In this document: in pieces, positions 25,867 to 32,000 of the stretch | How positions within the stretch are numbered: position 1 is the first letter of the stretch | Layout: each line of letters opens with the position of its first letter | DNA from: Dickeya solani IPO 2222 | GTDB lineage: Bacteria > Pseudomonadota > Gammaproteobacteria > Enterobacterales > Enterobacteriaceae | Direction: 5' to 3' | DNA: 32,000 bases | Assembly: GCF_001644705.1 (NCBI RefSeq) | Contig: NZ_CP015137.1 | Location: forward strand, 1,830,001 to 1,862,000 | Program-made: the position numbers and the translations under genes | The notes under the pieces: model-generated | What the model was told of the DNA's origin: nothing | Seen by the model: only the letters and a program-made list of their open reading frames with translations | The model's database searches: none

Positions 25867-27081
25867 TTAACCCACCACGTGCGACATTGTGCTTTTTGTC
25901 ACCCACCTTCGTTCGGAAAACGCCGCCAGCACGGCAATCATGATCGCCACCACGCCGGCCACCACCGCCATGGCCAGCGCATAGTTATGGTTGTGGGCTT
26001 CGGCAATACTCGCCTGTAGCGTGGCATTAACCGAGGCAATCAGGTTGCCGAGTTGATAGACAAAACCGGGGAGCACCGCTCGCGTGTTGCTTGGCACCAG
26101 CTCATTCAGGAAGGTTGGAATCACGCCCCAGGCGCCTTGCACCATGAACTGCATCAGAAACGCGCCCAACCCCAGCGCCCAAGGGCCGTGTGAGAACGCC
26201 CACAGCGGGATCACCGGCAGCGCCAGTAACGCAGCCGCCATAATGGCTTTTTTCCTGCCAATGCGTTCCGACAGCGTACCGAAGAAGATACCACCGATGA
26301 TCGAGGCAATATTGTAGCCAATGGCGATCATACTGACGGTTTTCGCATCAAAACCATGCTGGATTTTTAGAAATGCCGGATACAGGTCCTGCGTGCCGTG
26401 ACTGAAGAAATTGAACGACGCCATCAGCACCACCAGATAAAGACAGAGTTTCCAGTGCGTCTTTAACACCGGCAATAACGCAGTACTTTCCTTGCGTACC
26501 CGGGCAGCCCGCCATACCGGCGATTCCTCCACACAGAAATAAATAAACGGCAGCAGCAAAATAGGCACTGCGCCAATGATAAACATGCCGCGCCAGCCGA
26601 TCTGATCAAACAACAATCCGTAAACCACCGCCGCCAGCAAGTAACCAAACGGGTACCCGGCCTGAAAAATGCCTGACATCAATCCACGGGAGCGGTCCGG
26701 AATAGTCTCCATCGCCAGTGAGGACGCCACGCCCCAGATTCCCCCCATCGCCACGCCATACAACACTCTCAACAGCAGGAATACCGTAATACTGGGCGCC
26801 GCTGCGGATAACAGCTCAAACACCGAGAACATCACGATGTTCAGCATCAAAATCGGCTTGCGACCAAACTTCTCCGCCAGCCTCCCCAACAGCAGTGCGC
26901 CGATGGGACGAACGGCCAGCGTCAGCAGGATAGCCAGCGTCACCTGTTCCATGCTGACAGAAAAGGCATGTGCGAGTTCGCTAAGCAGAAAAACCAGAAT
27001 GAAGAAATCAAATGCATCCAGCGCCCAGCTTAAAAAGCTGGCAATCGCTGCATTACGTTGCAGGGAGGTCCAACCAAACAT
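25867..27081 (-). CDS. MFS transporter (resembles the NanT/YjhB-type sugar-acid:H+ symporter subfamily); substrate unknown
   Basis: 404 aa with about 12 predicted hydrophobic spans. The MFS loop 2-3 motif is present (GRLAEKFGRKP). The N-terminal half aligns with my recollection of E. coli YjhB. Confidence 0.85.
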   Translation of the reverse strand: MFGWTSLQRNAAIASFLSWALDAFDFFILVFLLSELAHAFSVSMEQVTLAILLTLAVRPIGALLLGRLAEKFGRKPILMLNIVMFSVFELLSAAAPSITVFLLLRVLYGVAMGGIWGVASSLAMETIPDRSRGLMSGIFQAGYPFGYLLAAVVYGLLFDQIGWRGMFIIGAVPILLLPFIYFCVEESPVWRAARVRKESTALLPVLKTHWKLCLYLVVLMASFNFFSHGTQDLYPAFLKIQHGFDAKTVSMIAIGYNIASIIGGIFFGTLSERIGRKKAIMAAALLALPVIPLWAFSHGPWALGLGAFLMQFMVQGAWGVIPTFLNELVPSNTRAVLPGFVYQLGNLIASVNATLQASIAEAHNHNYALAMAVVAGVVAIMIAVLAAFSERRWVTKSTMSHVVG

Positions 27082-27425
27082 AATTTTTATCCTGATAGTG
27101 AGACAGCTTCACGTCATTAACAGGCTGAACGGCAAGCGATGCCGCAGTCGATGAGGCGATGTGAAAATCGCAGGTGATATTTTAAATATTTGTTAAATAC
27201 GCCTATCTCGACTATCGGGCAATGCTGTGATCGGTATGAATCTGTTGCGAACACGGCCACCTTGTAACTCTTTATTAACAGCAGCAGGAAGCACGCACAC
27301 AATTTTATGAATCCCGCCTGAAAGAGCAGATTGTTTTATGACAACGCGTCGCAAAATGGTCATAAGCACGATGTCACAAAACGGCCAGACCGGCATGATG
27401 CCCACCTCACAGGGAGGAACGAGCA

Positions 27426-28952
27426 ATGACACTGGCTGTGACCTACACACGAGCCACCATCGGTATGCAGGCGCCCGAGGTTTTGATCGAAGTGCATATC
27501 AGTAATGGCTTGCCTGCACTGACACTGGTCGGTTTACCGGAAACCACGGTCAAAGAAGCGCGAGATCGGGTGCGCAGCGCCCTGATCAATTGTGGCTTCA
27601 CCTTTCCCGCCAAGCGGATTACCGTCAACCTGGCGCCTGCGGACCTGCCGAAAGAAGGCGGACGATATGACCTCCCCATCGCCCTGGCCATTCTGGCAGC
27701 CTCAGAACAGATTGCCGGTGAGAAACTTGCACAGTATGAGTTCCTCGGTGAACTCGGGCTGTCAGGCAGCCTGAGAGGCGTTCATGGCGCTATTCCGGCG
27801 GCGATGGAAGCGCAAAAAGCTGGCCGGGGGTTGATTCTGCCGGAAGACAACAAAATGGAAATCACGCTGGTTCCGCATGGCGATGCGCTACTGGCTAATC
27901 ACCTGCTGCAGGTCTGTGCCTTTTTGCAAGGCGAAACGCCGTTGCTGCGCGGCAACGATATTACGCCTGAAACACCAGCCAATACGCCGATAGCGGACCT
28001 GAAGGACATCATCGGTCAGGAACAAGCCAAACGCGCACTGGAAATTGCGGCAGCAGGCGGACATAACCTGCTATTACTCGGTCCACCGGGCACCGGCAAA
28101 ACCATGCTGGCCAGTCGTCTGCCCGGTTTGTTGCCGCCGCTTGATGACGAGGAAGCGCTGGAAAGCGCCGCCATCAACAGCCTGATTGATATTCAGCCCA
28201 GCCTGTCGCAATGGCGTAACCGGCCATTTCGTTCGCCTCACCACACCGCATCCATTACTGCGCTGGTCGGCGGCGGCGGATTGCCCAAACCTGGCGAGAT
28301 CTCGCTGGCACATAATGGTGTGCTGTTTCTGGATGAATTGCCGGAATTTGAACGACGGGTACTGGACTCGCTGCGGGAACCGCTGGAATCAGGTGAAATT
28401 GTGATTTCTCGTACCCGCGCCAAGGTCTGTTATCCCGCCCGTTTTCAGTTAGTGGCCGCCATGAATCCCAGTCCATCAGGACACTATCAGGGTATCCATA
28501 ACCGTATGCCGGCACAGCAAATCCTGCGCTACCTCAACCGGCTCTCCGGTCCCTTTCTGGATCGTTTTGATTTATCCATTGAGGTGCCATTGCTGCCTCC
28601 CGGCATTCTTCGCCAGCAAACACGTATTGGCGAGGACAGCGCAACCGTACGGGAGCGGGTATTTGAAGCCAGAAAACGGCAGTTAGCCCGCATCGGCAGA
28701 ATCAACGCGCACATGAAATCGGATGACATCGCCTGTCACTGTCGGTTGAAGAGCGAGGATGCAGCGTACCTGGAGGAGGTGATGAGCAAATTAGGGCTGT
28801 CGGTCAGAGCCTGGCACCGGATACTGAAAGTCTCGCGCACGATTGCCGACCTGGGAGGAGAAGATCAGATTCATCGTACTCATTTGTCGGAAGCGCTCAG
28901 CTATCGTTGTATGGATCGCCTGCTAATTCAGCTACACAAGAGCCTGGCATGA
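27426..28952 (+). CDS. yifB: Mg-chelatase-like AAA+ ATPase YifB (ComM family)
   Basis: 508 aa, colinear with E. coli YifB (506 aa). It has the Walker A motif GPPGTGKTMLA. AGGGAGG lies upstream of the ATG. Confidence 0.95.
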   Translation: MTLAVTYTRATIGMQAPEVLIEVHISNGLPALTLVGLPETTVKEARDRVRSALINCGFTFPAKRITVNLAPADLPKEGGRYDLPIALAILAASEQIAGEKLAQYEFLGELGLSGSLRGVHGAIPAAMEAQKAGRGLILPEDNKMEITLVPHGDALLANHLLQVCAFLQGETPLLRGNDITPETPANTPIADLKDIIGQEQAKRALEIAAAGGHNLLLLGPPGTGKTMLASRLPGLLPPLDDEEALESAAINSLIDIQPSLSQWRNRPFRSPHHTASITALVGGGGLPKPGEISLAHNGVLFLDELPEFERRVLDSLREPLESGEIVISRTRAKVCYPARFQLVAAMNPSPSGHYQGIHNRMPAQQILRYLNRLSGPFLDRFDLSIEVPLLPPGILRQQTRIGEDSATVRERVFEARKRQLARIGRINAHMKSDDIACHCRLKSEDAAYLEEVMSKLGLSVRAWHRILKVSRTIADLGGEDQIHRTHLSEALSYRCMDRLLIQLHKSLA

Positions 28953-28990
28953 ACCCAATCTTGCATCAGTTAATCAACAGCAGAAATAAA

Positions 28991-29010
28991 AATGGGGCCG
29001 AAGCCCCATT
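28991..29010. terminator. Hairpin between convergent yifB and maoP
   Basis: AATGGGGC-cgaa-GCCCCATT. The T-rich tail (ttttatttctg) is on the minus strand, so it mainly serves maoP. Confidence 0.65.
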
Positions 29011-29014
29011 CAGA

Positions 29015-29353
29015 TTAATCATCGCTTTCAGTGTATTCTTCCACGGTGTCCATTTGCGGCTTGCCGCCAGACAGCGTATGGAAACGTTTAGGACGACGAA
29101 TACGGCTGACGTACTTCGCCCAGATTTTTTCCAATTCGGTCTGTGCTGCGCGCTCACCGCGGCATACAGCAACAAACTGGGTCTCTTCCACTGTCACCGG
29201 ATGACGTTTGCCCGAATCAAGTTCGTTAAATGCCTGTCCATGACGCTCCAGCAGTTGAGCTTCTTTAATCGTAAAGTCACCATGCCGGGAAAAACCACGT
29301 GGATAGAATTTGTTATCAAAAAAACGACTGGTTGTTGAGAAGCTTTCCGCCAT
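29015..29353 (-). CDS. maoP: Macrodomain Ori organisation protein MaoP (YifE)
   Basis: 112 aa, the same length as E. coli YifE and very similar to it ([39 protein letters not shown]...[12 protein letters not shown]). Confidence 0.93.
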   Translation of the reverse strand: MAESFSTTSRFFDNKFYPRGFSRHGDFTIKEAQLLERHGQAFNELDSGKRHPVTVEETQFVAVCRGERAAQTELEKIWAKYVSRIRRPKRFHTLSGGKPQMDTVEEYTESDD

Positions 29354-29472
29354 CTTACACGCTCCTAATTCTCATATGGTCGTGCCGTTTATGGCGCGGA
29401 GTATTAGATAGGCTTGACTTCCTGTAAAACAAAACATTTAAATCATGACGACAAAAATTTTTGGAGGAAAGC

Positions 29473-30297
29473 ATGGATACCGACTTACTGAAAACCTTTC
29501 TGGAAGTCAGCCGGACAAGACACTTCGGCCGGGCGGCCGAATCATTGTATCTGACACAGTCAGCGGTGAGCTTTCGTATCAGGCAGCTTGAAAATCAACT
29601 GGGTGCCAATTTGTTCACCCGGCACCGTAACAATATCCGCCTGACACCCGCCGGCGAGCGTCTGCTGCCTTATGCGGAAAACCTGATCGGCACCTGGCAA
29701 ATAGCCAAGAAAGAGGTTGCTCGCTCCCAACAGCACAGCCAGCTTTCCATAGGCGCCACGGCCTCGCTCTGGGAAGCGTTCCTGACGCCCTGGCTGAATG
29801 AACTTTATCAGCAACGCCCACTGCTTCAGTTGGAAGCCAGAATCGCACTGCGACAAACGCTGATTAAGCAGCTCCACGAACGTCAGTTGGATTTACTGAT
29901 TACTACCGAATCGCCGAAGATGGACGAGCTCTCCTGCCAGTTATTGGGTAACTTTTCTTTGTCTCTGTTTACTACCGATAATGCAGCAGCAGAGGAACGA
30001 TCCTATATCAGGCTGGAATGGGGGGCGGATTTCCATCAGTATGAGAATCACTGGCTACCCAGTGATCAGGTACCGTCACTCACCACGTCTTCCGCACACC
30101 TGACGCGGCAATTGATGTCAACCATCGGTGGCTGTGCATTTCTACCCAGCGACTGGTCTCAGCACTATCCTGAACTGCACCCGATTCCTGAGGCCAATAT
30201 CGTGATTCGTCCCTGCTATGCTGTCTGGCTTGGAAACAGCGATCAACAGGAACTGATTAAACAGTTACTGAAAACCCCATTAAACATAGCTTCTTAA
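29473..30297 (+). CDS. hdfR: LysR-family regulator HdfR
   Basis: [62 protein letters not shown] is almost identical to the E. coli HdfR N terminus. GGAGG lies 5 nt upstream of ATG 29473. The ORF-track start at 29461 is a TTG and adds 4 residues absent from E. coli. Confidence 0.92.
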   Translation: MDTDLLKTFLEVSRTRHFGRAAESLYLTQSAVSFRIRQLENQLGANLFTRHRNNIRLTPAGERLLPYAENLIGTWQIAKKEVARSQQHSQLSIGATASLWEAFLTPWLNELYQQRPLLQLEARIALRQTLIKQLHERQLDLLITTESPKMDELSCQLLGNFSLSLFTTDNAAAEERSYIRLEWGADFHQYENHWLPSDQVPSLTTSSAHLTRQLMSTIGGCAFLPSDWSQHYPELHPIPEANIVIRPCYAVWLGNSDQQELIKQLLKTPLNIAS

Positions 30298-30594
30298 ACC
30301 ATTATTGATGCACTATGCGATCTGCCTGAAAGTCCTATGGGCTTTCGGAAGATCGATAGAGCTCATTCGCCAGCCATTATCCTTCGCAAATATACCGGTC
30401 AGTGAAGAACCGTTACACACTCCAGATCTCATTAAGACATGCACCATCATAAAGGATGGCAACGGTTCTATATTGCGGTGTAGCCCCCTGCTGGAGGCAA
30501 GCCAGACACACTTTTTCGTCGCAATTACGCTCAAAAAGGCGTCATCGGTATGCTTGTCAAAAAGTGGAAAATATGAAATGAAAACTAATGGACG

Positions 30595-30634
30595 AAAAAA
30601 TAGCCCTTCACGCTAGCGTGAAGGGCTATTTTTT
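30595..30634 (-). terminator. Terminator at the distal end of the rRNA operon (symmetric, can act in both directions)
   Basis: A perfect 28-nt palindrome, TAGCCCTTCACGCTAGCGTGAAGGGCTA, is flanked by A6 on one side and T6 on the other. It lies immediately downstream of tRNA-Trp on the minus strand. Confidence 0.85.
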
Positions 30635-30637
30635 ATT

Positions 30638-30713
30638 TGGCAGGGGCGGAGAGGCTCGAACTCCCAACACCCGGTTTTGGAGACCGGTGCTCTACCAATT
30701 GAACTACGCCCCT
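30638..30713 (-). tRNA. trpT: tRNA-Trp (anticodon CCA)
   Basis: The reverse complement matches E. coli tRNA-Trp almost base for base (AGGGGCGTAGTTCAATTGGTAGAGCACCGGTCTCCAAAACCGG...CCCCTGCCA). It is 76 nt and has an encoded CCA end. Confidence 0.97.
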
Positions 30714-30721
30714 AAATAGGG

Positions 30722-30798
30722 TGGCGGTGCGGACGGGACTCGAACCCGCGACCCCCGGCGTGACAGGCCGGTATTCTAACCGACTGAACTACCGCACC
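30722..30798 (-). tRNA. aspT: tRNA-Asp (anticodon GUC)
   Basis: The reverse complement reads GGTGCGGTAGTTCAGTCGGTTAGAATACCGGCCTGTCACGCCGGGGGTCGCGGGTTCGAGTCCCGTCCGCACCGCCA. It is 77 nt and the acceptor stem pairs perfectly. Confidence 0.97.
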
Positions 30799-30862
30799 AC
30801 CGATTCTGTACGTTATCAGAGGAGTCAATCCGATAACCGGTGTCTTATTACACCCTAATTTG

Positions 30863-30982
30863 ATGCCTGGCAGTTCCCTACTCTCGCATGGGGAGACCCC
30901 ACACTACCATCGGCGCTACGGCGTTTCACTTCTGAGTTCGGCATGGGGTCAGGTGGGACCACCGCGCTCTCGCCGCCAGGCA
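30863..30982 (-). rRNA. rrf: 5S ribosomal RNA
   Basis: 120 nt. The reverse complement is near-identical to E. coli 5S rRNA (TGCCTGGCGGC...GGGAACTGCCAGGCAT). Confidence 0.97.
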
Positions 30983-31089
30983 AATTCTTTTCATTCCCGC
31001 CGTCACACACCCTCGTGCAACCACCGGAACCAATCCTCGAACAAGCCAAATCGCTTTCGTCTCTCTCACCAAAACACCTTCGGTGTTGT

Positions 31090-32000
<911 letters not shown>

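Noticed and set aside
25714-26019. 101-aa plus-strand ORF spanning the ilvL leader region and the 3' end of the MFS gene
   Set aside because: It overlaps, in antisense, both the highly conserved ilvL leader peptide and the MFS transporter. It has no SD and an implausible composition.
27082-27425. Small inverted repeats (TTATGAC-n16-GTCATAA, GCGAT-gtgaaa-ATCGC) and short ORFs (27117..27302, 27193..27450) in the MFS/yifB divergent spacer
   Set aside because: The repeats are short enough to occur by chance in 344 bp. The ORFs have no SD and odd composition. This is most simply a divergent promoter region.
30298-30637. Integration scar or genomic-island remnant next to trpT
   Set aside because: There is no duplicated tRNA 3' segment, no integrase fragment and no flanking direct repeats. 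Only the base-composition shift is seen, and it is retained above as a low-interest note.

Overview
This window looks like chromosomal backbone from a soft-rot Pectobacteriaceae genome, most likely Dickeya. That call is inferred from the clustered peh genes, the high GC content and the enterobacterial gene order. From left to right it contains: three tandem GH28 exo-poly-alpha-galacturonosidase paralogs (pehV, cut by the window edge, then pehW and pehX); rep; ppiC; divergent putA/putP with PutA-type operators; a small orphan membrane-anchored ORF; ilvC and ilvY; two uncharacterised genes (a DUF1311-like exported protein and a DUF2461-like protein); the complete ilvLGMEDA operon, with a leader peptide and attenuator I recovered by hand translation; an MFS transporter; yifB(comM), maoP(yifE) and hdfR; and the distal end of an rrnC-type rRNA operon (tRNA-Trp, tRNA-Asp, 5S, and the 3' 0.9 kb of 23S). 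Gene order matches the E. coli rrnC-hdfR-yifE-yifB-ilvLGMEDA-ilvY-ilvC-ppiC-rep segment, interrupted by four small insertions. I found no transposase, integrase, CRISPR array or recognisable defence or toxin module, and I cannot support a claim of a novel multi-gene system here. The observations most worth a second look are: (1) the mosaic, gene-conversion-like structure of the peh triplication and the roughly 225-bp non-coding module, with two terminator-like hairpins, that was duplicated with it; (2) paralog-specific differences, namely a Tat-like versus Sec-like signal peptide, a GHG to GHS change, and a 12-bp perfect inverted repeat around the pehW KdgR-like box; (3) two unrelated 16-bp-period tandem repeat arrays in 3' intergenic regions, one visibly built from the last codons and stop codon of ilvA; and (4) the uncharacterised gene pair wedged between ilvY and ilvA, one member overlapping the ilvY stop codon (ATGA) and the two converging with only 3 nt and no terminator between them.
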